Below, piece by piece: positions 13,001 to 26,700 of a stretch of DNA of 64,000 nt. Below the pieces are notes generated by a model. It was not told where the DNA came from. It searched no databases and saw only the letters and a program-made list of their open reading frames with translations. The stretch is from Bilabrum cf. latius. Its lineage: Eukaryota. Positions within the stretch are counted from its first letter, which is position 1. Each line of letters opens with the position of its first letter. Both the position numbers and the translations under genes were made by a program. Where the stretch lies: positions 682,001 through 746,000 of the forward strand of contig OZ237739.1 in NCBI GenBank assembly GCA_965178125.1. Direction: 5' to 3'.

Positions 13001-15661
13001 AAGTAGTCAAGCTTATCGGGAGTTGGGGTGCGCCAGCTGTCAGGGCCACGCTCGGTATCGGCTGCTCTGTGCCTGTACGACGACGCTGGTAACGTCACAG
13101 TATACAATATCGAAAGCCTGCTTGAAGAATCTCTGAGCTAGAAGTACCTGTTTCAGATTCCAGATGACTCTTTCTCATATAATAGAGGCAGCTATGAGGC
13201 AATGCGTACCGTCAGGCTGAGTGGTCGACCATACCCAAGGCAGCACATTGGCTTGGTCACGCGCAGATCAACCGGCCACACCGTGAGAAGTAGCTGTGAC
13301 GCTAAATCAGTCCATCTTCAACCTGTTCGATAGTTTTAGGCTCATGCAGAGTCCATGCGGACTGGATAGCTGCTGCGGGTTTCTGGGTAGTATTGTGTGG
13401 CGACTGGTGGGATGGATGGGAGGGTTAGAGTGTGGTCAGTCGGCGGAGCCATCCTTGGATAGCTGTGCACGCCACAGTGGGAGGCACAGCTGTGGGACTC
13501 TAGCTCCAAGGCTAGCCCTCCGACCTGGTTGTTTCCCTCCGAGCTGGAAGCAGAAAGGGAGCGAGCAAGGTAGGAGGCAGAGAAGCTGGCCAGGCGAGTC
13601 ATCAGCGAGAGCGGCCAGCAAGCAGCGGAAGATCTGGACACAGTCGACAAAGGGCTGCATCAATATTAGTCATCGACATTTTTGACTGGAGTCGGGCTAG
13701 ATCAGGACCCGTCAGCACCAGCAGCGAGCTCGACGGCCGATGCACCGGGAAGCCTTCGCAGCAAGTCTCAAGCAAGCGTAGCCTCTGTTCTGGGAATGAC
13801 ATCATCATCCAGGACTGAATTGATGTTTGCAGGCAGTTCACCGCTTCGACTCAAGCATGACCGCAATGCGTTGGGCAGAAGCACAGAACCGCCGGTCGGT
13901 CTTCTAGCCCAAGCCAGGCGCAGCAACGGCGAGAACGAGGTCGATGAAGGCGAGTTGGTTCCCCTTGAAGTGATCCAGAACTTGGACTAGTAGCGCGTCG
14001 TTGAAGACCTTGCGACAGAGCTCGATGGTGGCAATCGACGAAAACCTTCTAGACGCGAGATGCGACGAAAGTCCGCGTATTCTGGTGCGGCATCGGTCAG
14101 GTCACACGGCGGCAAGACTGCCAGTTGGACGGAGCAGCTCCTGCCGCAAATGTCTGCGGTTGCACGAGCCAAGTACGAACTATCGGTTAGAGAGCGCGTC
14201 AAGGCACTGTACAAACACGCGGCTCGGGACAGGTTATCTGGCATGGGGGTTACAATGACAAGCATGGAGCAGAAACATGAGCGCGCGGTGCAAGCAGTTG
14301 CAACCGTGTCGCCCTTTCTGTCTTCACGATTGCCTGTACTCACTGAACGCAAAATAGATTCAGAGGAGAGCCGAGGGGCGGCTAGTTCCCGTAGGATGGT
14401 TGGGTCGCCTATCGCCAACTCTAGGAAGTCTATTGCCCGGCAGCCAACCACGCCTGGCCAAGAGGTTCGACGCAGTGCTCGTACAGGAGTGATGTTGAGC
14501 TAGCGCATGCGATAGAAAGACAGTATGCCTGGAGTGCACCAACTCAAGTCGGATGCAACGAATGACCGTGCAAAAGCTGGGAAAAGGGTCGACTCGGTCG
14601 TCGCTAGCAAACTCGAATAGTCAATGTTAGCACTGTCTGCAGCGAAAGGATCGGCCATTGCTGCTGTTGGGCAGGTGCCGCATTCAAGGTATCGAAGAGC
14701 ATCCACTGCCATGGATCGAGCCAAGCTCGAGAGTTTACTCCATTCCCAGGCTGCTCCTTCCGAAGCCGCGCCACAGTCTGGCAAGGGAGAGCAGCCAGGT
14801 ACTGGCAAGGGAGAGCAGCCAGGTACTCTCGAGCCGACCCGGAAGGTTGGGTCTACCCATCCGGGTCTTTTGCCTCCTCTAGAAAACGATCAGAAGTCAA
14901 ACGGTAGTGATGATGAAGAGCGTGACGCCTACTTGTTGAAGGCATACAGAGCTGCCGGCATCAAGCCTCCCAAGCCACGAAGGAGCAAGGTCTCCAAGAC
15001 TGACAAGGTCAAGTGGAGTGGAAGCCCAAGGAGTGGGGCAGGCGGTGCTGGCGACGGGTCTGATGGTGGTGAAGACATTAAGGTACCGACTCGCTTCGGG
15101 CCCTATTCCGCTTTGGAAGTAATTCGGATGAGGCGCCTCTTTGAGAGCATTGACAAGGACGCGTCTGGCAGCGTTGAGCTGCACGAGTTACAGGGAGCGC
15201 CAGAGTGGAAGCAACTCTTCTCGGACGAGGAGATCAGGCAACTCTTCGAAGCAATGGACATTGATGGCAGCGGAGATGTTACACTATTCGAGGTCTTCAG
15301 AGCGGCGTTCCCGGTGGCCACCGCATCGGACATCAGGCTGATGATCCGGACTACCAGACTGTAGCGCACTGTTAACATACAGCCGGTGAAAAAGGTTAAG
15401 CGAGAGCTATCTGCAGGGTAGAAAGCAGAAATCGAAGCGGTGTTCCGGGCGTTTGATATCCACGGCAAAGGAGAAGTCACTGTGGGCAACATCAAGCAAG
15501 TCATGGAGTAGTACCGAGGCTTGCTGTCCGACGTGTTCGGCATCAAGGAGATCACAGATGTGCTCGCGGCCTACGACGAGGATGGCAACATGGCCTTTGA
15601 CGTGGACGAGTTCACGGTGATGATGAAGGACAGGTGGCTTGCAGACGTGGACGGCCAATGA
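10076..15661 (+). CDS. EF-hand + WD40-repeat + C-terminal EF-hand protein (~1861 aa; WDR49/EFCAB8-like architecture; TAG read as Gln)
   Basis: One frame from ATG 10076 to TGA 15659-15661 with ~27 TAG and no TAA/TGA. N-terminal EF hands (DETDGDGLTLDEF; DVNGDE*LEWSEF), WD repeats (AHADVVTSI...DKKVQLWD; GH*SDVVAM...MFRVWE; AHAES...GGMDGRVRVWS), C-terminal EF hands (DKDASGSVELHE; DIDGSGDVTLFE; LSAG*KAEIEAVFRAFD; DEDGNMAFDVDEF). Confidence 0.85.
14779..14826 (+). repeat. 24-bp in-frame tandem duplication (GKGEQPGT x2)
   Basis: ctggcaagggagagcagccaggta occurs twice in succession. Confidence 0.8.
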
Positions 15662-15735
15662 CAGCCAACAGGATGCGCAGGACGAAAATTGAACTAGGAT
15701 AAGACTGTTGTTTTCTACACCCCACATACGGCACC

Positions 15736-18700
15736 TCACATGGTACCCCCTGAATCCCCGACCGACTCCTCCTCTTCGTCCTCCTCCTCTTCTTCTTCGC
15801 TCTCGGACCCCTCCATGACTGCCATTGCAAGCAGAAGCTCAAGCACCTCCTGCTAGTCGCGATGCACGCGGCGCACTTCCTGTCGCGTGGCCTACATCTG
15901 TGCCACGATGTGAGACACCAGGAATGGGTTCTGGATATCCATGGCTTCGATGTGGCGCGGATCAAAGATATTACCTTGAGCTAGGATCCCACTGCTGGTA
16001 CTCGACGCGCCAGAAGGACGCCTCGAATGCCCACGCCTCGCTAATCGGTGCCCTCGCTGGGGCGCATTGACTTCAGTGGTGGAGAGGATCCCAATGCCAG
16101 TTTGTCTAGAGAATTGCGTGCTGTCTGTTTCTCCGCTTCGCGAGGACATCTCCTTGCCAGTTGGCATGATTGCCGGAGTGTTCGACCGTGACAGTCCACG
16201 CCGTGCCGAAGCCGAACGAATCGGAGACGCCGCACCAGGGTCTTGCCCTGCACCGCTGCCCTGTGGGACTGGTGGCACCTGCCATGGCGCCATGAAAGAG
16301 GCTCGCGTATCGCGGGAGGTGCCATGCCTGGCACCATGAGATGACGCTCTCCTGACCCAAGTTTCTCGTCCGCCAGCACCCACTACAATCGAGTTGTTTC
16401 TTGGCGTTCTAGATCGTGAATGCTTCGATGAGCTAGGTACTCGAGCAGTGCTGTGAAGCTTGTCCTCGGCGGAGCCGCTGTCAGCACAAGTAGCCTCGCG
16501 CATCACTCGTGACACAGCGTCTGCAGGTGACCGATCATCCCGTTGAGTGAGGCTCGCAGCAACCTCCTAAATGGCCCCGTCGCCCTCAGATTTGACTCGC
16601 ACCTTCTTGCCATGGAAGGTGCCTGGCTACAATGCATCGCTCGGACTGAATCCATCACCGATTCCGTCGCTCTGCTTGCCGGGCAAGCGCGATGCCTTCG
16701 CTCGCGCCGTTGCGGCTGACATCGAGAGCGACCTTCGCTTTCTCACCTTGTGCAGCGCAGCCTGCACACGAGTACTGCGTGCAACGTCCCCCGGAAGCCG
16801 TAAGTCTTCGCTAGGCTCGTTTGCAGACAGCAATGAGTGGAGGCGAACACCGCCGTGGGGCGTGGAGTAGTGCACCGGACCGGCCTCAGATAGGGGTGCC
16901 AGCATTCCCACAGTCCTCGCACCCGACCCCTGCAGACTGCGAGCGCTGCCGAGCTGTCGCATGGCAGGCGATACGTGAACGAAGGTTGCTTTCCTAGACG
17001 TAGCACCTGCGCTCTACGTGCCCTGGATAGACCCAGCCACCTGCTCTTGAGGCTCTGTAGCAGATTCTCTCAGCTGTTTCGCAGAGCTGAAGCTGAACCC
17101 GTGCCTCTTCATCGGACTACCCGTGGTGTTGAAACCCTGGCCTAGGTCCAGCCGCTCCGAGGGGCTGCCTGTTGGGGTTGCCACGGGCATCACTACGGCT
17201 CGCGCCCCATCAGGCAGTCGCGGCAGCGTCGGAGCCGAAAATCGCCTTGAACGACCCGCTTGTTGCATCACAGCGGCAGAGGCAGCCTGTAGCACATCGC
17301 CGTCGCCACCACCGCTAGCACCAGGATCCTAATGGATGGAATCAGGGCCAGATTCTTCTCGATCGATAAGTGTGTCCATGGCAATACCAGGATCTGCAAG
17401 ATCTGTGGTCAAGTCTCGCTCGTCATTGAATCCCACGGCCTGCGATGCACTCTAACGAAGCTCCAAGGGGGCCTAGCCAGCTATACCAGGCAACACGGCG
17501 CCGCGGATGGGTCGGGCTGCCCCCGGCTCTTGCGCAGTGCCTCCTCTGTTTGAAGTGGCAATCGACCCGCCAGCGATTGACTGGATTGATCTTGTAAAAG
17601 AGTGTGCCCCGTGCTTTGATAGAAGCGTCTAGAAGTTGGCCCCTGTTTCTTGCGCGTGCTCCATGGCCGCAAGCGTCTGCTCAATCAGCTTGCCAGACTT
17701 TTGGGCGATTTCCCGACGCTCACTAGGCGTGACAATGTGATCCTACGACGGCGGGGACGCAAGCAAATTCTTCTTGGCAGCATCCAACGCGGTGTGCAGA
17801 GCCCGCGGGCGACGAGAGGACCGCTTGGGTTTCGAGCCGGTGCTGCCTTGCCCGCCCGTCCCCGCTCGGCTAAGGAGCATCCGGCGGCTTTTCGCGGCAA
17901 CGGCTTTCCGCAGCATGCGCCTGCTCTGCTTTTGAGTGGGCCCCTACGGGCTGCTACCTGCAGCGCCGGTCGACTTGAGCCGCATAGATGATGCCATGTG
18001 CCGCAGCGCGTTCAAGATGTCTCGTCTAGAGTCTCCACTTGCTTTAGGCACAGGGGCACTTTCCCCCTCCTTGGATCCATCGTTGTCTTCGCCAAAGGAC
18101 CCATCTCTCTGCCTGGAAGGCGACGGAGAATTCTTGTAGGAGCCTTGGCTTCCAGTCTTGGAGTCGTGCAAATCCTCAGCATCCGACGCATCGAAGTGAG
18201 AGTTCGAGATCACGATACCGTCCTTGTCCACATTACCAAAGGCCTTGTGAGCGTGGGATGCAAGACCAAGACTACTTCTCCGCGTTTTTTTGCCCCTAAA
18301 TCCGGCAAGCCTGCGCCGCTTGATCCTTCGAAGCCTTCCTAAAGCCACCTCGAGCAGCTCTGCTTCCACCTCGGGATGCTCGCCGAGGATGCTGTCGGCT
18401 TTGTCTCTGTTCACCACAAAGAGCTCCACAAAGGACTGAGCGCGCACGGAAATCACATGCTTGGACGTGCATAGCAGAGCAATCTCGCCAAAGATACTAC
18501 CCCTTCCCAGCCGAAGCAACACTTCCCCATCCAATGAGATGAATTCGACGATGCCATCCGCAACTATGTACAGCGCATTTCCAGTGGACCCTTCTTTCAC
18601 GATAGTCCGCCTCGGTGCATACTGAGCTGGATACGACGCAAGCAGGAAACTGGTGATGAAAGCCGGGTCCTTTCCTGTGAAGAACCTGGCCTTTTGAATG

Positions 18701-20280
18701 ATATCCTTATAGATCTCCAGCACGAGCTCCACCTGCAGCGGCTGGGACAGCTCCCGCAGGAGAGTCTGCTCGTCGAATCCCGTGGCAGACCTTCGCTCAA
18801 AAATAAGCTCAAAGTGGTCTCGCACTCTGGCCCGCAGCCCTGCGCTAAGCTTCTTGGAACTCATGAAGCTCTCCACCTGCTCCATGCGGATACGTTTCCT
18901 GCGACTAGCGCTATCCACCTGGTCGATATAGGCAGCCAAAGTGGCGGTGATAAACGAGAAGAGAACGGCCCCAATGGCAGTAATGATAGTCACGTAGATC
19001 CTCTCGGCCATTGTGACCGGTACGAGGTCTCCAAGACCAAGGGTGCTCAGGATCGTGAGTGACCAGTATATGCTGGCCACGTATCTCTCGTCCAAGGGAG
19101 CATCCAAGAGCTCGTATCTGGCAAGCCACGCATCCGGGTCCGGGAATTCAGAGATAGCCACGAACGAGAACCCGCACGCCACCCAGTGCGAGATCAGAAA
19201 GAACCACATTGCGAACTTGATGATCCGCAGAGAGGCCGGGTTGAAGGTGAGGTGCTCCTGAAGCGGTCGAAGGTACTTGTCCAGCCGCCACGCCCTCAGG
19301 ATCTTGATGAAGCGCAGCAGCTTTAGCAACTTGAACAACCGTGGCAGTCTCAGCAGCCTGAATCCCCTGAGCTAGGAGCCCAAGCTGGGTGCGATGATGC
19401 TGATTGGGATGCTGCCAACGAGGTCTATGGCAAAATACGAGGTCAGGTAGTTCCACCTCACCTGATTCCAATCCACCACCACCTAGTTCTCGTGCTCGTA
19501 GGCGCTGCAGAAGTTCACCCCGATGTCAACCATGAAAAATACATCCACGATAATCTCGGTGATCACCCAAGCATCGTACGTGACTGTCTCGTCGCTGTAG
19601 AAACCGATCCGAAACGGTATTATGGTGGCCGACCAGATGAGTAGCACAACCACGATTAGGTGCCAGACGCGCAAGAACTGGCTGTTCGGAAGCAGGAGCC
19701 ACGTGTTCCTCACGTATTCCGGCAGCTGGTCTGGGCGAGCGTGTTCCAACTCGGCTGCCGAGATCACCCGGGCCGTGCCGATGTCGTCCTCCTGCTCCTG
19801 GCGGATGTGAGCGACTATTGTCATGGCTCGAAATCGCTATCTAACGTTCAGCCATCTCAGCTATGCTCTTTCTTTCGCCTCAAGACTTTCCATTGCACGG
19901 GTGGCCTTCCCGGACGAGCCTGCCGTTGCCGAGCTCCCTGCATCGTACGCATCGGCGACTACTGACGCGGTGCCTGCTGCAGATTCGACAGACTGGTGTC
20001 TTCGTGGTTCACTGGCACCTTGATCTTGTCCAGGCGACTCCCTTGAAGGAGGTCGAGGCTTCGAGGGCGGTCCGGGTACTGGAGTGCGAGGCCCGATCAG
20101 GGCATCGATCCCGGCCCTTGAGCTCCCGACAGTGGGCTCTCCGAGTCTTATCTCATGCTTACTATCTGGAGCATCATGATTTGGCGTTTGCTGCGCCTGC
20201 CTTGCAGAAGCGAGTAAATTAGTCGTCTCTGCTCTGCTGACGACACCGCTTGTGTTTCCAGCAGGATGAACTCTTGACAT
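15736..20280 (-). CDS. Voltage-gated K+ channel of the cyclic-nucleotide-binding-domain family (KCNH/HCN/Shaker-like) with a long low-complexity C-tail (~1514 aa; TAG read as Gln)
   Basis: Pieces 19861-20280, 19483-19824, 17944-19338, 17014-17295, 16627-16962 and 15892-16515 are in one frame joined by TAG; TGA at 15738-15736. S1-S3 (WHLIVVVLLIWSATIIPFRIGF; DVFFMVDIGVNF), S4 (FRLLRLPRLFKLLKLLRFIK), S5 (SHWVACG), pore (YWSLTILSTLGLGDLVP), C-linker and CNBD (FGEIALL). Confidence 0.9.
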
Positions 20281-20743
20281 CGCCACAGGAATCAGGATGT
20301 ATTTTATGCAAACGAGTCACCTTGCAGTCCTTGAGTCCAGCCCTGCCAATGGTAGATTGGTGCAAACACACGAACGGCAATATCTCGAATTCGGTCAATC
20401 ACCGCAAGGCTTGACGCTGACAGAACAATCGTAGTAGCAGCAGCGAAATAATTACTATATTCTAAGCCTAGTCTGATTAGCAGTCTGGCGAAAAGTGCTT
20501 CAGATTGCCTAGGATGCACCGATAAATTGCTGCGGATGTTGCGACCAACCCCAATCTGGAGGTCGCACACTGGCAGCCGGTTGTAACCGTTGTCAGCAGT
20601 TTCCTTTGTTCCACTCCCAAGTAAAGGGGAGAGCGATCGAGAGGCTGTGCGAGCCAGGAATTGTTTTGTTTATATTGACGGAGTTGTTTACATCCCTCAA
20701 GTATTCGGTATCGAGCCGCTACGAAGAGAGAACCGCGACTTGG

Positions 20744-23700
20744 ATGTGGTGTGGAAATGCTGGAATCATCGGTGTATTGACTGCGATACTAACGTCCTCA
20801 ACATGCTCCAGTAGTGTTATTCCGAGCAAGTAGACCTTCTAGCTTCACCAGGGCAAATCATTTTCCGTCTCGCATTCCGTTGGTGGCTCGTATGTGGCGG
20901 GGGTAGAAAACTCCTACTGGCGGTTCCATGCGAATTCATCACGATGCAGAGGTTATTTGAGCGTTGGCAGAATTTCTCTAGAGGATTTTCCAGATGAGAC
21001 CCGTGCAGTTATTGGGTCAGGTCTTTCGATTCAGCTCAGTGGAACTGAGCGAACGGCAACGATTTCCTCGCCTCACCTTCTTGGACCTGATTCGGCTCGG
21101 GCGATGGTGCACCAGGTGGACAAGTGCCCTGGTGATGATGACCTTGCTAGTCCAATTGTCTCAGGGCATTTACTATTCGAGCGATAGCTGAGCGCTGGCT
21201 TAGGGCGAAACCGAACGGCCGATGGCACAGCTCTCGAAGCGACACTTCGTGCCCTTGCAGACGAGCGCCAGGCAACACGCTGGGTTCTCGGTCAGTGGCA
21301 GTTTGGATCTCAAGTATAGCAAAGCGCTGCAAACGAACTTGGAGGGGAGAGTGGCGCCACTGAGGACTCTACTGCTGCAGGGGGCGAATCTTCTGGCACC
21401 AGCAGCCTGGCGCAGTTTGCAGCCCCATCGCCCCTGCCGCTCATGGTGTCGTTTACGGATTCAGGTAGACCATCCGATGGATGTATGGCACGACCGGAGC
21501 TTCGTTGGGACCGCGGTGCGCATCTCGCCGATGCTAGTGAAGCTGGGGCTGCAGCAGCGGCTGTTGTTGGCGGCCGGTCCGGTGCAGGGCTTAGCGACGA
21601 CTAGGATAACTCTAAAGCCATTGACATACTCCCTGTTGGTGCTTTATTAACTCGACCGTAGCTACCAATCACAGTCGAGCAGGCAGAGCGAGCCTCCATG
21701 CCATGGAGTGTGGTCGCATCGCCAACTGAGCGGGTGTCTGCGGGCGGATGGTCCCACGCGCTACCTACGCGAGTGCCAAGTGGGCAGGCCTCACGTGATG
21801 ATAATCGCGCAGTGTCCATGTTTGTTGGTGGGGTCGCGCTACTAGGCGTGTCCACAGGCTCAGGACAGGCACGCACCGGGAGGTCTAGCCCATCAGGGCC
21901 GGCATTCCTGTCGAGGGTTGCTGCATCTGTGGGGTATGCCAGGACTGTACGATGCGGTGGTACCGCCGCCAATCCCGGAAAATGCTGGCAGCAAGTCGAT
22001 CAACTTCCATCCGGACACTCTTCTCGGCCCCTTTGGTTCGTTTTCATCACTGGAGACCGAGACCTGCCTCGGCTGGCAGTCCGCAGTACCGCTGAATGCG
22101 CTGGGTCTGACGCGCTTCCACACCCAGAGGACGATGAGGCTGCCGCAGTGCCCTTCACAGTGCCGCTTAGTGCAAGCGCTCGAGAGTCCGTGGGCTCCGC
22201 GCGTGCAGACCCTGCGAACACCGCCACGCTGTACTCGCTAGCAGCAGGCAGGATGCTGGACGGGCCACCAGCCGGAGTCACCACGCAGGCTGCTAGGTCT
22301 CCAGTTCGCTGGTGCCCCTTCTAGCTACCAGCTGATGGTGTGGTTGCCATGGCACTAGGCCCTACCCCCGGACGGGACCGCGGAGTTGAGACAGGGGTAC
22401 CGCAGTCCGAGGCTGCGGGGACAGGTGCAGACGGAACGACTCCAGTCCTTTTGCATTCGCAGGCAGTACCAGATGCTGCTGCTTCGTTGCTTGCATCCGG
22501 GCAAACTGGCGCCCCGTCCAACGAGACTTCATCCCTGGGACTTACACGGACATCCGATATAGTTGATAATAGCGTGCAGGGCGGGCTGCTGGGACCGATT
22601 GCGTCACCCGTGCTGTCGCGAGTGTTGCAACTGAGCGGCGGAACCCGGGCCGCCGTATCATCCGCTGACTCAGCCACTCCAGCTGACGATGTCTTTGAGC
22701 TCCTGGGCTACACAAGATACAGGATAGGGCCTGGACGCTTGAGAACGAGCTTGAGAGGCAGCATGCGTCTGCAGCAGGGAGGGTTCAGGGACGGCGAGTG
22801 CGGTCTTCGGCTGGAGATCGGGTACAGCCCTGAGGTTCGTGCTGTGCTGCCTTCTGATCTCAACCAAGCCGATTCCTCTAGCGGAGCATCAGCAGATGAT
22901 GACGTGATTACCGGTAGTGGAGGTGGGTCAAGCGGAAGTAGCTCCCGAGGCGGCGATTCTGTAAAGGAGGGTGACCTCCCCCCACTTGTGAGGCGATTTA
23001 GGGTGCTTTGTGATGACTGCGGGGCGGGCCCTTCAGCACCTACCTCTGCTTCAACCCCACGAGGAGGCAGGGTGCTTGCCGAAGTGGACGTGCCTATTGG
23101 GCTGGCAGCACAAATACGGCTGCATCCACTGCCACTGATTCCCACAATGGAGTTGCGATTAGAAGTTGCTGCTTGGACTGACGCCGGCACGTCAAGTCTC
23201 ATGCAACGTATCGAACTTCTGAGGTAGGCTAGTGGGTCAAGTGACATGCTGGCTATGCATCCGCAGTCCAATTCAACTGCCGTAGCGGCGGCGTCTGCTG
23301 GTGGTGCAGGCCTCCCTGCCCTAGCCACTCCTGACCACGGCAGCGTGCCCGCGCAAATGTTCACCAATCAGACCGACTTTGGGGCAAGAGGGTCTGATGT
23401 AAGCGGTGAGATAATTTGGCTTGACTCTGGCCAGAACCCACTTCCAGTTGGGACCACTTGCCGCGCGCGAGTGGGCAGACTAGCCATTGATGTACCTCGA
23501 AGTGATTTGCTGCAAGGCCTGCCTGGCACCCAGGCCGCACTTGCAGGGACATTACCTGTGGGATTGGTAGGAGCAGGGGCTGAGTATAGCGTAGCTTTGC
23601 TTCCTGGTGAGCTGCAGGGTCTTCCACTTGCCTCGCGCCTTGTGGTGCGCAGGCTTCGCTGGCCCTTGTTCTCACCGCAGCTTTCGGAACAGGAGTCTAA

Positions 23701-26700
23701 CAATTGGGCGAGGACCTTTGAAGGTGTGGTCCCTGTGGCAAGCATCGAGGTTACGGTGTCGTTGGGTACCTCTGCCATCTCTACACTCACGATCCACCAC
23801 ACTCTCACACCGGTTGGGGCAGCTGGACATGCCGGGTGCCCAGAGGCACCACGGGATAGCCTGATGGCGGGCCCCAGCACCATGCCCAGCGGCGCCGTGC
23901 CAGGCACACGAACGAGTAGCGCTGGCTTTCAAGGAGAATGGGATATTGATAGTGGAGTGCCTACGCATGGTGCTGCGTGTGGTCTGGTCAGCGCGCTGTC
24001 ACCGAGGCTTGCGCATGCGACCCGATCTGTCCTGAACACGACAACGGGGCAGCTGGAGGCAGTTGCAACGCTTCGACTGCGAGCTGTTGGAACGTTTGTG
24101 CTGCGTGCAATTGCGGTTGCTGATGACCTGCTGCCGTCCGAGGTTCTCACTGCTGTCATTCGGATTGATCCGCCGCTTGCACCCGTTGGACAGCCAATTC
24201 AGAGGTTTGTTAGTAGGCTGCCGTCTTCCGTGTCTTCGTCACAGGCTGGATCAATCGGGATTAGCACACAGAGAGTCCTCTCAGATGCCATGCCGCATGC
24301 CGGTCGGATGGGTGTGCTGACCCCCGCTTCTATTCCGAATGTCACGCACGCAGCTGCAAGTGTTGAAGCGATCGGAGACGCGTGCTTTGCCGGCGATGGC
24401 ATTTATTGCCCTACGAATTGTTCTGCTACCTACTACACGTGCTCAGCAGGGGGTATGTCTAGTGCCCAGCACGTGCTTCCGAGTGGCCTCGTGTGCGCAC
24501 GCGGTCGCATCGAGTACTTCGGCCGCGCCTCTCTCAGGCGAGGAGAGATTTCAGAGTGCCTGGGAACACCTGGCGTTACTCTTCGTGGGGATGATGATTA
24601 TAGCTCTTTCTGCTCGGCGGCACCCGATGGAGACTATTGCACGGCCCCGTGCTCTCGTAACATCTTTTCGTGTGCAGCTGGCAGGGGCAGCCAGGTCGTA
24701 CGTCTAGGGTAGGACTTCAGGTGCTTGAACGGATTGATTATCGAGGCAGATTCTGACGTGTGCGAGGCCCAAGTGGACAGGCGGCAGGCACTGCAAGACG
24801 CTGTTGATGCCGGTAATTTCGACCTCGTCGATGATCACCTACAAGAGGTGTCCACGGAGAGCTGCCCGGCCGGCGACGGCATATATTGCAACGCCATCAC
24901 ACACGGCAGGTGCTCCGAGTCGTACTTCTTGTGCGATGATGGGAAGCGAAGTCGCACGTTTGGGGCCCCAAATGGGACGCTGTGCTTATCTCAGTCGCCT
25001 GGAACTACGCTGGCGGCAATCGTGCACGACACTCATCCGCAGTGCACCGACAAGAGCTTGTCAGCAACGTCTGTGCTGGGGCACATATACAGAGATGGCG
25101 AAACCGCGGCTGATCGTGTGCAGCCTGCAGGGGGTACAATTGGATCTGTCTGTGCGGCAGCTGCTGCGTTTACGGCAGTTGAGCACGCTTATGGCCTGCA
25201 CGCAGGCTGGCTTACCTCAGCTGCTGGAAGCACGGCAGATTCCACCGCCGCCAGCTCCGCAGTTGATACGCAGTCAGCTCGATTGCTTTTGCAGGCGGTT
25301 GCTCAAAGGCGCGAATCAGGTGTTTCGAATCCTGGTGATGTGTTGCAGCCGGACGCAAGCGCACTTCGAAGCGAGCTCGGGGTGCCGGAGGCAAGCGCGC
25401 AGCATGTGCGTGATATGATGCCCGATCAGCCTGCCGCAACGATGCAGTGCGTCTGGTCGACGAACGATATAGCGAGGCGCTGGCCAGCCAAGCGAAGAGC
25501 AGCGGTAGATGGCAGTGCGACCGCTGGGATTCTTGGCGTGGACCAGAGCACGTTTGTTGACAGGACGAGGCCTTCGCAGGGAGAGGCAGCACTCGCTCGT
25601 ACCTACCAGTGCACGACACACTACATGGCCTGTGTCAGGCAGACTGCTCAAGATAGCTGGTGGCCAAGGACTGGGCATACCAGCAACAGCGGTCCGGTCG
25701 CCTTGTCTCCCATGAGCACGTATCGTGGCATGCTGCAGTCAGTCAGCTCGTGGAGCACAGGAGCAGCAGAAGATTGGCAACCGCTTGCAATCTAGCGCGT
25801 ACCACCAGGCACCATGTGCCTGGGAGGGGTGCTGGTACCTGACAACCATCCCGCCTGCGGATCTCTCTTTGACCCTCCCGCTGGCCTACTCAATGGGCAG
25901 CTGGCGGAAGATGCAAGAGAGGGTGATGAGGACGCGTTTGCGGTCTTGCGCGCGGTCGATGCAGCCAGGCAGGTTGGCAGACTTCCGTAGCCATCGAAGG
26001 CGGTGGAAGGCTTTGCCGTGCTACGGGGTATCGAGGAGGAGCATCTGTCTGATGCTGCCTTGGCTAGAGCACGACTTCTCCTCGTGTCATTCATTCGGTC
26101 CATCAACGGCACTCAATTGGCCCGACGACTCACCTAGGCGGCATCAGATGAGCTGAATGCAGGTAAGTCCTCCAGCAACTCAGCTGAAAGCTTTGCAGAC
26201 GCCCTTGCCTTGTCCAGGCAGTGGCCGGCGCTGACCCCGCACCAGTACGTCTGGCTGGAAGTTGTGAACTCCACTGATGCATCGCTCGGAACGGTACCAA
26301 GCAGCCTGTGGGACAGGATATCTGACGCTAGCGTGCGCAGTGGTGGCCCGGCACGCCGCCCTTCCGAGTCTCGGGGATGCACGCCTGCACAACTGGCGAG
26401 AGCAGCCCGAGCGCTCGATGCACTCGCATCCGGAGACGCGCGAGACGCAGCCGCGGCAATTGCCGCGTTCGAGGACCCTGTGTGCGCTTTGAGCATTCCG
26501 ATGAGCAGGCGTCGTCCGGCTGTCTCGCAGTGGGTGTCGAGCGGGCTGTGGCAGCGCGCCCGACAGCATCCTAGAGTTTGCAGTAGAGGCCTGTGCGACT
26601 TTTCTGCCGCCGAAAGCAGAACTGGTGCGCTGGCAGGTGTGCTTGTGACAGCATCGCAAACGAACGGGTCAGACACGGCGAGTCGATTGGTGGGCTTTGG

